Of a stretch of DNA of 64,000 nt, positions 1 to 9,267 are shown piece by piece. Source of the DNA: Syntrophales bacterium (GTDB taxonomy: Bacteria > Desulfobacterota > Syntrophia > Syntrophales > Fen-1087). Under the pieces are notes generated by a model. It saw only the letters and a list, made by a program, of their open reading frames with translations, did no database searches and had not been told where the DNA came from. Numbering within the stretch: the stretch's first letter is position 1; every line of letters starts with the position of its first letter. The stretch covers positions 5,836 to 69,835 of the forward strand of contig JAXDBM010000070.1 in assembly GCA_034678725.1 (NCBI GenBank), given 5' to 3'. The position numbers and the translations under genes are program-made.

Positions 1-803
1 ACCTCGTCGATCGTCCGGACATTCGGCGTGTGCACCTCTTGCAGCGGGCGGAAGTTCTTCTCGTTGGCGGGCTTTAACTCCGGCCGGGGGACCTCCGCCT
101 TTTCGAGGTTTGCCGCGTATTCGCACCGGCTGCAGTAGACCATGCCGTCCTCTCCGGATTCAGCCGTCACGAGAAACTCGTGGGAGAAGCTGCCCCCGAT
201 GCTCCCCGTGTCCGCCTCCACGGGCCGGAATTTGAGGCCGCAGCGCGAGAAAATCCGGCTGTAGGCGTCGAACATCTTCCGGTAGCTGACATCCGCTCCC
301 TCGCTGTCCGTGTCGAAGCTGTAGGCGTCCTTCATGCCGAATTCGCGGCAGCGCATGACGCCGAAGCGCGGCCGGATCTCGTCGCGGAATTTCGTCTGGA
401 TCTGATAGAGGTTGAGCGGGAGCTGTCGGTAGGACTTGACCTCGTTGCGGACCAGGTCGGTGATGACCTCTTCGTGGGTGGGGCCGAGGCAGCACTCCCG
501 GTCATGGCGGTCCCGGAACCGCAGCAGCTCCTTTCCGTAATGGGTCCAGCGTCCCGATTCCTGCCAGAGTTCCGCCGGCTGCACGGTGGGGAGAAAGACC
601 TCCTGGGCGCCGGCGCGGTTCATTTCCTCGCGGACGATCTGTTCGAACTTCCGGATCACCCGGTAGCCCAGCGGGAGGTAGGAATACACCCCGCTGGTGA
701 GCTTCCGGATCATGCCGGCCCGCAGCATGAGCTGGTGGCTGACCACCTCCGCGTCGGAAGGGACCTCCCTCACCGTCGGCAGAAACATCTCTGAATAACG
801 CAT
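1..803 (-). CDS. proS: Proline--tRNA ligase (N-terminal part; runs off the left edge)
   Basis: Manual translation from ATG at 803 gives [46 protein letters not shown], then ...[10 protein letters not shown]...[19 protein letters not shown]; purine-rich RBS upstream; directly after ispG. Confidence 0.97.
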   Translation of the reverse strand, partial: MRYSEMFLPTVREVPSDAEVVSHQLMLRAGMIRKLTSGVYSYLPLGYRVIRKFEQIVREEMNRAGAQEVFLPTVQPAELWQESGRWTHYGKELLRFRDRHDRECCLGPTHEEVITDLVRNEVKSYRQLPLNLYQIQTKFRDEIRPRFGVMRCREFGMKDAYSFDTDSEGADVSYRKMFDAYSRIFSRCGLKFRPVEADTGSIGGSFSHEFLVTAESGEDGMVYCSRCEYAANLEKAEVPRPELKPANEKNFRPLQEVHTPNVRTIDE

Positions 804-827
804 GCAACCCTCTCCTTTCCCATGCCA

Positions 828-1889
828 TCAGTTCCCCGATGTCATCCTTTCGATTTCTTCGATCAGAACCGGGACGAACTCCTCCTCCCGCAGTTTTCGA
901 ACGATCTTCCCTTTTTTGAACAGAATGCCGGAGCCGCGGCCGCCGGCAATGCCGATGTCCGCTTCCGCCGCCTCCCCCGGGCCGTTGACCACGCACCCCA
1001 TGAGGGCGATCTTCAGATTGCTTTTCAGGCCGTACAGCTTTCCCTCGATCTCGCCGGAAAGCCTGAAAAGATCTATTTCGCAGCGTCCGCAGGTGGGGCA
1101 GGAAATGATGTCCGGCCCGACTTTCCGGATGTTCAGGGCCCGCAGGATGCCGTAGGCGACGCCGATTTCCAGCACGGGACTCCCCGTGACGGAGACGCGG
1201 ATGGTGTCGCCGATTCCCTCGTGCAGCAGGATGCCGATGCCGATGGCCGATTTGACGGCGGCGTTGACCAGGGTCCCCGCCTCCGTGACGCCGAGGTGGA
1301 GCGGGTAATCGCTCTTTCCGGCCATCGCGCGATAGGCTTCGACCATGGTCGGCACATCGGAAGATTTCAGGGACAGCTTGACATTCCTGAAATTCATCGA
1401 CTCGAAAAGGTCAAGGCACCTCAGGGCGCTCTCCACCAGCGCATCCGGCGCGGGCCCGCCGTGCTTCTCCAGCAGATCCTTTTCCAGGGAACCTGCGTTG
1501 ATCCCGATCCGGATGGCCGCATCCCGCGCCTTGGCCGCCCGGACAACGGTTTTGAGCCTGTCCACGGCCATGTTGCCGGGGTTGATGCGGATCCCGTCCG
1601 CCCCTCGCTTCATGGCTTCCAGGGCCAGCCGGTGATTGAAGTGGATATCCGCGATCAGCGGAATGTTGATTTTTTTACGGATGGCCGCGATGGCGGCGGC
1701 AGCCTCCAGGTCCGGAACGGCGACCCGGACGATTTCACAACCGGCCTCCTCCAGGGCGCCGATCTGCCCCGCCGTCGCTTCGATATCCCGCGTGTCGGTG
1801 CAGGTCATGGACTGCACGGCCACCGGCGCGCCGCCGCCGACCTGGACGCCGCCGACAAAAACAGGCCTCGTTTTGTTTCTCCTGATCAC
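828..1889 (-). CDS. ispG: (E)-4-hydroxy-3-methylbut-2-enyl-diphosphate synthase (GcpE)
   Basis: VQSMT, PLIADIHF, RINPGN, HLGVTEAG, CPTCGR and GCVVNGPGEA motifs; start set at GTG 1889 (VIRRNKTR), ORF track extends to 1976. Confidence 0.96.
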   Translation of the reverse strand: MIRRNKTRPVFVGGVQVGGGAPVAVQSMTCTDTRDIEATAGQIGALEEAGCEIVRVAVPDLEAAAAIAAIRKKINIPLIADIHFNHRLALEAMKRGADGIRINPGNMAVDRLKTVVRAAKARDAAIRIGINAGSLEKDLLEKHGGPAPDALVESALRCLDLFESMNFRNVKLSLKSSDVPTMVEAYRAMAGKSDYPLHLGVTEAGTLVNAAVKSAIGIGILLHEGIGDTIRVSVTGSPVLEIGVAYGILRALNIRKVGPDIISCPTCGRCEIDLFRLSGEIEGKLYGLKSNLKIALMGCVVNGPGEAAEADIGIAGGRGSGILFKKGKIVRKLREEEFVPVLIEEIERMTSGN

Positions 1890-1992
1890 TGGTTCCAACA
1901 AGGCAGTCCCGTCAATGCGCCGGCGCCGCTGCCGGCGGGAGCTGGGGTGAAGATGGTTCAGGCGTTGAACCGTCACATGATCAACGATTGTT

Positions 1993-2022
1993 AATATATC
2001 ACGAAGAACGATTGCCGTTCAA
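1993..2022 (-). promoter_or_regulatory. Putative sigma70 promoter for ispG-proS
   Basis: Minus strand TTGAAC-N18-TATATT with extended -10 TG. Confidence 0.4.
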
Positions 2023-2150
2023 CACGTATTTCATCCTCCTGGAGAACCCGGTTCCCGGGCAGGGAACGGCAGGGATGGAATCGTCCTCAGAAAAAAGTGC
2101 GGGAATGCGGAACGGCAAGCGCCGGGGAAACGGGAAGCGCGTCTCCGGAC

Positions 2151-2528
2151 TCAATCGACGGGATCGAACCAGAGATCGCATTGATAATGGATGGTCAGCT
2201 CCTGATCTTTGTGAATGGACCGGATTGCCCGGAAGATCATGACCTGGTTTTTGAGATCCGCCTCGAAGGAAAGATTCGGCGTTTCGGAGAAATTGTACAG
2301 GCTGCCGTACCCCAGAACCAGGGCAAAATGGGATTCACCCCACTTGAAATAGTAATCCGCAATCGCCGTTTTATCAATCCAGTCGATGTCTTCATCCGGT
2401 ATGACGATCACCGGCGCCGCTTCGACGATTGCGCCCTTGCGTATCGGATTCGCCGCGAAGACGCCCCGACCCTTCTCCGCGGCGCTTTTGATGCAGATAT
2501 TCTTGTACAATAAGTGTTTCCGGTTCAT
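2151..2528 (-). CDS. SET-domain protein (putative protein-lysine methyltransferase)
   Basis: KGRGVFA (motif I), GYGSLYNFSETPN (NHS-type motif III variant), ELTIHY (motif IV). Confidence 0.88.
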   Translation of the reverse strand: MNRKHLLYKNICIKSAAEKGRGVFAANPIRKGAIVEAAPVIVIPDEDIDWIDKTAIADYYFKWGESHFALVLGYGSLYNFSETPNLSFEADLKNQVMIFRAIRSIHKDQELTIHYQCDLWFDPVD

Positions 2529-2544
2529 GGAAGCCGGTGCGGTT

Positions 2545-3948
2545 CTATCGGCCCCGCCAGCAGTACAGGCAGAGCTGGCCCTCCGACAGGCCGATGGCCG
2601 CGATCATGTCCTCGATGTTCAGGTACTTCAGGGATGTGACGTTCAGGTCCCGGCGGATCCATTCGACCATGTTGCGGTACTTTTCGGAACGGTGGTCCAG
2701 GTATTCCAAAATGTCGTCGATATCCGCACCCTCGATGGCCCGAATGGCCCTCCGGCAGGCCAGTTCGGATTTCGAGCGCGTCGAAGAGGCGAACACGCAG
2801 GGGAACATGAGGGGGGGACAGGCGGGCCGGACATGGATCTCGCGGGCGCCGTTGTCCATGAGCTTCTTGATGGTGTAGTTCTTGAGCTGCGTCCCGCGGA
2901 CGATGGAATCGTCGCAGATCACCATGCGGCTGCCGTTGATGACGCCGCGGACGGCGCTGAGCTTCATGGTCGCGACGAGGTCCCGAATGTCCTGTGAAGG
3001 CGGCGTGTAGCTCCGGCCGTAACCCGGTGTGTATTTGACCAGCGGCCGCCGGTAGGGGATGCCCGACTCGATGGCGTACCCGATGGCGTGCCCCACGCCG
3101 GAATCGGGAATCCCGGCGACGAAATCGGCCGCGACGTCGTCGTTGCGGGCTATGGCCCGGCCGCAGCGCTCCCGCGCGCTTTCGACCGGAATGCCCTCGT
3201 AAACGGATGAGGGATATCCCGTGTAGATCCACAGGAAGGCGCATACGTGCTTCTCCGGGTTTTCCGGCTTGAGATTCTTCAGGCCCGACAGGGAGAGTAG
3301 CGTGATCTCCCCCGGACCCAGATGCTTCACCAGTTCATAGCCGAGATTCGGGAAGGCGCTCACTTCGGTTGCGACGGCGAAGCCCCCGCCCCGGTCGCCG
3401 CTTTTTTCCCCGATGGAAAGGGGGAAGCGGCCGTATTTGTCCCGCGCGGCGTAGACGCCCTCCGCTGTCATGACCAGCGCGCAGATGGACCCCTCGATGG
3501 CGTCCTGCATTCGGACAATCCCGTCCATGATCGAATCGCCCTGGTTGATCAGTTTGGCGACCATTTCGACGGTGTTGATCCCGCCGCCGGTCATCTCGCT
3601 GAAGGAGGATCCCTTGTCCATCAGGTCTTTCGTCAACCGGTCCTTGTTGGTGATCAGGCCCGTGGCGGCCAGGGCGAAGGTGCCGAACTTGGACCGCACG
3701 ATGAGGGGCTGGGGGGCGTCATCGTCGATGGCCCCGATCCCCTGATAGCCGCGCATTTCCTTGTAATCGTCGACAAAGCGGGATTTGAACTGGGCCTGGC
3801 TGATGCTGTGAATGGTGTTGTAGAATCCCTGATCCCCGTACACGGCCATGCCGCCGTTTTCCGTGCCCAGGTGGGAATGGTAATCCGTTCCGTAAAAAAG
3901 CGTTTTCGAACAGTCCTGACGAGAGACGACACCGAACAAACCGCCCAT
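2545..3948 (-). CDS. purF: Amidophosphoribosyltransferase-like protein (variant lacking N-terminal Cys)
   Basis: ARDKYGRFPL, PDSG, YGRSY, DDSIVRGT PRPP-binding loop, CPP..FPC and C-terminal CLYC Fe-S cysteines; N-terminus MGGLFG. Confidence 0.92.
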   Translation of the reverse strand: MGGLFGVVSRQDCSKTLFYGTDYHSHLGTENGGMAVYGDQGFYNTIHSISQAQFKSRFVDDYKEMRGYQGIGAIDDDAPQPLIVRSKFGTFALAATGLITNKDRLTKDLMDKGSSFSEMTGGGINTVEMVAKLINQGDSIMDGIVRMQDAIEGSICALVMTAEGVYAARDKYGRFPLSIGEKSGDRGGGFAVATEVSAFPNLGYELVKHLGPGEITLLSLSGLKNLKPENPEKHVCAFLWIYTGYPSSVYEGIPVESARERCGRAIARNDDVAADFVAGIPDSGVGHAIGYAIESGIPYRRPLVKYTPGYGRSYTPPSQDIRDLVATMKLSAVRGVINGSRMVICDDSIVRGTQLKNYTIKKLMDNGAREIHVRPACPPLMFPCVFASSTRSKSELACRRAIRAIEGADIDDILEYLDHRSEKYRNMVEWIRRDLNVTSLKYLNIEDMIAAIGLSEGQLCLYCWRGR

Positions 3949-3993
3949 AGGCTCCTCACTGAATGCGTTCCATAATCGAAAGCGTGTTTTTCC

Positions 3994-5187
3994 TCATGCG
4001 AGCTTCATCACCGCATCCCGGATCCGGTCCAGGCCCTTTTCGATCTGGGCCATCGATGTGGCGTAGGACAGGCGGATGTGGTCGTCATGGCCGAACTCCC
4101 CGCCCGGGATGACGGCGACATTGGCCTCGTCGAGGAGCCAGGCCGCCACATCGGCGGATGAAGCCAGGACCTTTCCGCCGTGCTTGCGCCCCAAAAGCCC
4201 GGCAATCGAGGGAAAGACGTAGAAGGCGCCCTGCGGGACCATGCAGAAGATCCCCGGGATCGCGTTCAGCCTTTCCACGATGATGTTTCTTCTCTTCTGG
4301 AATTCCCGGACCATTTCGCCGACGATGGACTGGTCTCCGTTCAGGGCCTCCACGGAGGCCTTCTGGGCAATGGAATTCGGGTTCGACGTGTTCTGGCTCT
4401 GCAGCTTCGTGACGGCGGCAATGATCTCCGCCGGTCCGGCGGCATAGCCGATCCGCCACCCCGTCATGGCGTGGGACTTGGACAGACCGTTGACCACGAC
4501 GGTCCGTTCCTTCATGGCGGGATCGACGGAAGCCACGTTGGCAAAGGGCAGGCCGTCATAGAGGATCTTCTCGTAGATGTCGTCGGAGATGGCCAGCACC
4601 TGTTTTCGAAGGATCACGCCGGCCAGCTTTTCCAGCTCGGCGGGGCTGTAGGCCACGCCGCTCGGGTTGGAAGGGCTGTTGAGGATCACGGCGCGGGTGC
4701 GCTCATTGATGGCCGCCTCCAGACTTTCAGGCCGGATCTTGAATCCCTCCGCGGCTTTCGTTTCCAGAATGACGGCCCTCGCGCCGGTCAGGACCACGAT
4801 GTCGGGGTAGGAGACCCAGTAGGGAGAGGGGACGATCACCTCGTCTCCCTCCTCAAAGAGGACCTGGGCGAGGTTGTAAAGGGTGTGCTTAGCGCCGCAG
4901 GACACGCAGATCTGGCCGCGGGCGTAGTCCAGTCCATTGTCCCGCTTCAGCTTTCCGATGATGGCGTCCTTCAGCTCATCGATGCCTCCCACGGGTGTGT
5001 ACTTCGTGAAACCGTCACCGATCGCTTGAACAGCCGCCCGCTTGACATGATCCGGCGTATCGAAGTCGGGCTCGCCGGCCCCGAAGCCGACAATGTCGCG
5101 GCCCTCCGCCCGCAGCGAATTGGCTTTCATGGTAATCGCCAGGGTGGGCGATGGCTTGATGCGGTTGATGCGCGCCGTCAATCTCAT
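3994..5187 (-). CDS. Pyridoxal-phosphate-dependent aminotransferase class I/II (aspartate aminotransferase-like)
   Basis: GAGEPDFDTP, NSPSNPSG, SDDIY, GLSKSHAMTGWRIG (PLP lysine), GAFYVF; start at 5187 preferred for RBS spacing (5196 alternative). Confidence 0.95.
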   Translation of the reverse strand: MRLTARINRIKPSPTLAITMKANSLRAEGRDIVGFGAGEPDFDTPDHVKRAAVQAIGDGFTKYTPVGGIDELKDAIIGKLKRDNGLDYARGQICVSCGAKHTLYNLAQVLFEEGDEVIVPSPYWVSYPDIVVLTGARAVILETKAAEGFKIRPESLEAAINERTRAVILNSPSNPSGVAYSPAELEKLAGVILRKQVLAISDDIYEKILYDGLPFANVASVDPAMKERTVVVNGLSKSHAMTGWRIGYAAGPAEIIAAVTKLQSQNTSNPNSIAQKASVEALNGDQSIVGEMVREFQKRRNIIVERLNAIPGIFCMVPQGAFYVFPSIAGLLGRKHGGKVLASSADVAAWLLDEANVAVIPGGEFGHDDHIRLSYATSMAQIEKGLDRIRDAVMKLA

Positions 5188-5192
5188 ACGTT

Positions 5193-5681
5193 TCATTCCT
5201 TCGCTTTTCCAAATAATTGCTGAAGCCTTTCATTGACCAGGTCAGGCACCAGCCCCTGGACCGATCCGCCGAGGCTGGCGGCCTCCTTGATCAGGTTCGA
5301 ACTGGTATAGAACCACTGATAGCCCGTCATCAGAAAAACGGTTTCGACATCCCGGTTCAGGCGCCGGTTGATCAGGGCCATCTGAAATTCGTACTCGAAA
5401 TCCGAAACGGCCCGCAGGCCTCTGAGAATCACGTTGGCGCCCTTGCCTTTGACATAGTCCACCAGCAGGCCCGATGAGCAGTCGACGCGGACGTTGTTCC
5501 CTTTCAGGCATTTGCGAACGAGATCCATCCTCTCCTCAACAGAGAAAAGTGAGGACTTGTTGGGGTTGTAGGCCACCAGGATGATCATTTCATCGAACAT
5601 TCGAAGACCGCGCGTGATGATGTCGATATGTCCGTTGGTGATGGGGTCAAAGGAACCGGGATAAACCGCTATCTTTTTCAT
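5193..5681 (-). CDS. coaD: Pantetheine-phosphate adenylyltransferase
   Basis: MKKIAVYPGSFDPITNGH, RGLRAVSDFEYE, SS..IKE motifs. Confidence 0.97.
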   Translation of the reverse strand: MKKIAVYPGSFDPITNGHIDIITRGLRMFDEMIILVAYNPNKSSLFSVEERMDLVRKCLKGNNVRVDCSSGLLVDYVKGKGANVILRGLRAVSDFEYEFQMALINRRLNRDVETVFLMTGYQWFYTSSNLIKEAASLGGSVQGLVPDLVNERLQQLFGKAKE

Positions 5682-5767
5682 TTCGACCGTCCTGTAGCTG
5701 AATTGATTGCCGCCGGCAACCCGACGTCGCGCATGAATCGAAACGGCGCGGCGGGCCGGCACATCCT

Positions 5768-6337
5768 TCATGAAGCGTTCGTGCGGGCGTACTTTTTTTG
5801 AAAGAAGGAGAGGCGCGTGTCTCCATAACCTCTCTGGTCGGTCATGACCAGGCCGGGCCGCTCGGATGCTGCCGCCTCTCGGACGGAGTGCTGAATGACC
5901 AGAATACCGTCCGCGGCCATGAGGCATCCATCCGCCAGCACTGCAACGACCTGGCCGACGAAGCCTGCCTCATAGGGGGGATCCGCAAAGACGATGTCGA
6001 AGGAATCCGGCCTTTCCGCCATCATCCCCAGCGCCTTGCCGAAATCCGCACGCAGGATTTCCGCCTCCCGCGCGAATCGGCAGGACGCGGCATTCCTGCC
6101 GATCGCACCGGCGAGGATCCTGTCATTCTCAACGAACACGGCCCGGGCTGCGCCCCGGCTGAGCGCTTCCAGACCCACATTCCCCGTTCCGGCAAAAAGG
6201 TCCAGGAAGGATTTTCCATCGACCGGACCGAGGATGTTGAAGAGCGCCTCCTTGATCCTTTCGGCGGTCGGCCGGACTTGCGAGGCTTCGGGAATATAAA
6301 GTTTTCTGCCCCTGGCCGATCCCCCGACGATTCTCAT
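5768..6337 (-). CDS. rsmD: 16S rRNA (guanine(966)-N2)-methyltransferase
   Basis: MRIVGG..RGRKL, RPT, LDLFAGTG, DPPY; conserved adjacency to coaD. Confidence 0.95.
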   Translation of the reverse strand: MRIVGGSARGRKLYIPEASQVRPTAERIKEALFNILGPVDGKSFLDLFAGTGNVGLEALSRGAARAVFVENDRILAGAIGRNAASCRFAREAEILRADFGKALGMMAERPDSFDIVFADPPYEAGFVGQVVAVLADGCLMAADGILVIQHSVREAAASERPGLVMTDQRGYGDTRLSFFQKKYARTNAS

Positions 6338-6389
6338 AAAAAGCGGGATTGCGGACCTTCCAGCGAGCGGATTGCCCGCCGACCGCTCA

Positions 6390-7406
6390 TCACAAATAGT
6401 CTTTCGCGAGGATTTCCGCGATCTGAACGGCGTTCAGCGCAGCGCCCTTTCGAAGGTTGTCCGATACGACCCACATGTTGATCCCGTTGGCGATGGATTC
6501 GTCCTCCCGGATCCGGCCCACGTAGGTATCGTCCTTTCCGGCGGCGTGTATTGCCAGCGGATAGAGCCGCTGCGATGGATCGTCCACCACCGTGACGCCG
6601 GGCGCCTTCGACAGCAGCGCCTTCACTCCCGCCGGGGTGATCTTCCGTTCCGTTTCGATGTTGACCGACTCGGAATGGGCATAAAAGACCGGCACGCGAA
6701 CCGTCGTCGCGGTCACGGCAATGGAAGGATCGTTCATGATTTTCCGGGTCTCGTTGATCATCTTCATTTCTTCCTTGGTGTATCCGTTCTCGACAAAGAC
6801 ATCGATCTGCGGCAGGCAGTTGAAGGCGATCTGGTAGGGATAAACCTTCGCAACCGCTTCCCGGCCGTTCATGAGGGCGCGGGTCTGCGCCTCCAGCTCG
6901 TCGACGGCTTTCTTACCCGTTCCGGAAACGGCCTGATACGTGGATACGACGATCCGCTTGATCCTTGCGGCGTCATGAATCGGCTTCAGGGCCACAACCA
7001 TCTGGATGGTTGAGCAGTTCGGGTTGGCGATGATTCCCTTGTTCCGGTACTGGGCGATGGCCTCGGGATTGACCTCCGGCACCACCAAGGGAACATCGGG
7101 CGCCATGCGGAAGGCGCTGGTGTTGTCCACCACCACGCACCCCGCCTTTGCGGCGATGGGGGCAAACTTCTCGCTGATGCTCCCGCCCGCGGAAAAGAGC
7201 CCGATCTGCACGCCTGCAAAGGAGTTTTCGCCCAGCACTTCCACGGGAACGGACGCCCCCCGATATTCCAGGGATTTGCCGAGGGAGCGTTCCGAAGCCA
7301 GCAGTTTCAGCCGTTCCACCGGAAAGTTTCTCTGTTCCAGCACCCGGATCATTTCATTGCCCACCGCGCCGGTTGCGCCGACAACGGCCACATGGAACGT
7401 CTTCAT
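6390..7406 (-). CDS. asd: Aspartate-semialdehyde dehydrogenase
   Basis: VVGATGAVG, DNTSAFRM, IIANPNCSTIQ (catalytic Cys), DNLRKGAALNAVQ. Confidence 0.97.
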   Translation of the reverse strand: MKTFHVAVVGATGAVGNEMIRVLEQRNFPVERLKLLASERSLGKSLEYRGASVPVEVLGENSFAGVQIGLFSAGGSISEKFAPIAAKAGCVVVDNTSAFRMAPDVPLVVPEVNPEAIAQYRNKGIIANPNCSTIQMVVALKPIHDAARIKRIVVSTYQAVSGTGKKAVDELEAQTRALMNGREAVAKVYPYQIAFNCLPQIDVFVENGYTKEEMKMINETRKIMNDPSIAVTATTVRVPVFYAHSESVNIETERKITPAGVKALLSKAPGVTVVDDPSQRLYPLAIHAAGKDDTYVGRIREDESIANGINMWVVSDNLRKGAALNAVQIAEILAKDYL

Positions 7407-7517
7407 GAATTCCGCTTCCTCCCGATCAGAATAAATTGAATTTCCTTATATCACCCATGGGATCCCGGCGCGCCATTTTCCATCCGCCGGACCGATTCGA
7501 CACGCATCCGCCCTTTT

Positions 7518-8312
7518 TCATCCCTGCTTCTTCGACGGCTCGGGATTCTCGTGGACCGGCTTGCCGGCCTGCGCAGCCGGCGTCCGCTTGGCCAGTTTGT
7601 AGATCAGCCACACGGGGCCGGAAAGGGCATAGCCGAAGCAGAACGTGAAAATCATGATCTGGGGCTCCGCCACGACAATGACCAGAACGACGACGATAAG
7701 GACAAAAGACATGAAAGGCTTCCTGGCGAAGAAGTTCAGATCCTTGAAGCTGTAGTACTTGATGCTGCTGACCATCAGAAGGGCCAGGAGGAACGTCCCG
7801 ATCAGAATGGCCGGATTGTGAAACTGGCCTTCACCGCCCAGCTTGAAATAAAGCAGAACGGACGTCGCGATGACGGCAGCGCCGGCGGGAATGGCCAGCC
7901 CGTTGAATACCCTGCTGTCGATGATCCCGATCTGCACATTGAAGCGGGCAAGCCGCAGGGCGCCGCAGGTCACAAAGAGAAACGACGCCAGCCAGCCCCA
8001 TTTCCCGTAGGACATGAGCGCCCAGTGGTAGGACAGGATGGCCGGGGCGACGCCGAAGGCAACCAGATCGGACAGTGAATCGTACTCGGCGCCGAACTTG
8101 CTGGTCGTATTCGTCATTCGGGCGATACGGCCGTCCAGGCCGTCCAGGACGATGGCGACCAGGATGGTCCAGGCGGCAATTTCATAAAGCCCCTTCATGG
8201 AGGCGATCACCGAGTAAAAACCGGAAAACAGGCTTGCCGTGGTAAAGAGGTTGGGGAGCACGTAGATCCCCTTCTTCATGCGATCCCTGCGAAGCTGGTT
8301 TTTCTCCTTCAT
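7518..8312 (-). CDS. pssA: CDP-diacylglycerol--serine O-phosphatidyltransferase
   Basis: LPNLFT, DGLDGRIAR..NTTSKFGAEYDSLSD CDP-alcohol phosphotransferase motif; ATGA overlap with psd (8279 is an alternative start). Confidence 0.95.
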   Translation of the reverse strand: MKEKNQLRRDRMKKGIYVLPNLFTTASLFSGFYSVIASMKGLYEIAAWTILVAIVLDGLDGRIARMTNTTSKFGAEYDSLSDLVAFGVAPAILSYHWALMSYGKWGWLASFLFVTCGALRLARFNVQIGIIDSRVFNGLAIPAGAAVIATSVLLYFKLGGEGQFHNPAILIGTFLLALLMVSSIKYYSFKDLNFFARKPFMSFVLIVVVLVIVVAEPQIMIFTFCFGYALSGPVWLIYKLAKRTPAAQAGKPVHENPEPSKKQG

Positions 8313-8956
8313 GACAGACCTCCAATCGGCGTCTCACCCGCCCTGACGTTGTCGCCCACCTTCACGAGAATGTCCGTGTCGGCGGGCAGCAGGACCTCCA
8401 CCCGCGAACCGAAGCGAATCATTCCGAACCGCTCGCCCTTGCCCGCGGACATGCCCTCTTTCACCCAGCAGACAATCCGCCTGGCCACGAGCCCGGCAAT
8501 CTGGATGATCAGAATCAAACGGCCTTCTTCGGTTCGAATCAGGACGGCATTGCGCTCGTTGTCCGACGAGGCCTTGTCCAGGTTGGCCGACAGAAACTTC
8601 CCCGGATCGTAGCGAATGGCCTCGATCCGGCCCGAATAGGGAAACCGGTTTACGTGAACGCTGAAGACATTCATGAAAATGCTGATCTTTCGGGAAGCCC
8701 CGGGGAGGAGTTCGTGGCCCCCGATCTCTTCAATGCGGATCACCTTGCCGTCAGCCGGCGAGATGACGAGTTTCTCCCCCCCCGGATAATTTCTCTCCGG
8801 ATTTCGGAAAAACCATACGACGAAGCCGGTCGCCAGAAGCAGGAGGAAGGCGATCCGCGGCATCCCCAGAAAAAAGGCGGCCAGGGTCAATGCGGCGGTC
8901 AGGATGATAAAGGGATAGCCCTCCCTTGCGATCGGGCTGTCGTGCTTTTCATTCAT
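8309..8956 (-). CDS. psd: Phosphatidylserine decarboxylase proenzyme
   Basis: FFRNPER, SPADG, IFMNVFSVHVNR, FGSRVE self-cleavage motif. Confidence 0.95.
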   Translation of the reverse strand: MNEKHDSPIAREGYPFIILTAALTLAAFFLGMPRIAFLLLLATGFVVWFFRNPERNYPGGEKLVISPADGKVIRIEEIGGHELLPGASRKISIFMNVFSVHVNRFPYSGRIEAIRYDPGKFLSANLDKASSDNERNAVLIRTEEGRLILIIQIAGLVARRIVCWVKEGMSAGKGERFGMIRFGSRVEVLLPADTDILVKVGDNVRAGETPIGGLS

Positions 8957-8960
8957 GGCT

Positions 8961-9182
8961 TCAGTCCGGATACTTCTCGAGTATCCGGAATATTTGTTCC
9001 TTTTCCCGCAATTTCCGCTTCTGAAGGTTCTTTTTCTCGACCTGCTCCTCCGGGCCGAGGTATCGCCGCCGGTTGAATTCCACCAGCGCCTCTTCGAGCC
9101 GCCTGTGATTTTCGACGTGCCGCTTCAACTCCTCATTCCGGTGAATATGCTTTTCGATCAAAAGCAATTCGGCCTTTTCCAT
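8961..9182 (-). CDS. Small coiled-coil protein, DUF465/YdcH-like
   Basis: 73 aa, H..LE, L.PEEQVE...L.KRKL..K pattern; family position downstream of tsaB is typical of deltaproteobacteria. Confidence 0.75.
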   Translation of the reverse strand: MEKAELLLIEKHIHRNEELKRHVENHRRLEEALVEFNRRRYLGPEEQVEKKNLQKRKLREKEQIFRILEKYPD

Positions 9183-9209
9183 CCAATCGGCTCTCCCTGC
9201 ATCTTTTTC

Positions 9210-9238
9210 CTTCTATCCCAATACCCCATTCCTGTCAA
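9210..9238 (-). promoter_or_regulatory. Putative sigma70 promoter for the DUF465-psd-pssA genes
   Basis: Minus strand TTGACA-N17-TAGAAG. Confidence 0.5.
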
Positions 9239-9267
9239 TCGCTCATATCGTCAAACCCCCTGTAAAA

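Noticed and set aside
1999-2034. Possible leader peptide MKYVLNGNRSS upstream of ispG
   Set aside because: GGAGG abuts the ATG with no spacing and the ORF overlaps the predicted promoter; no attenuation logic evident
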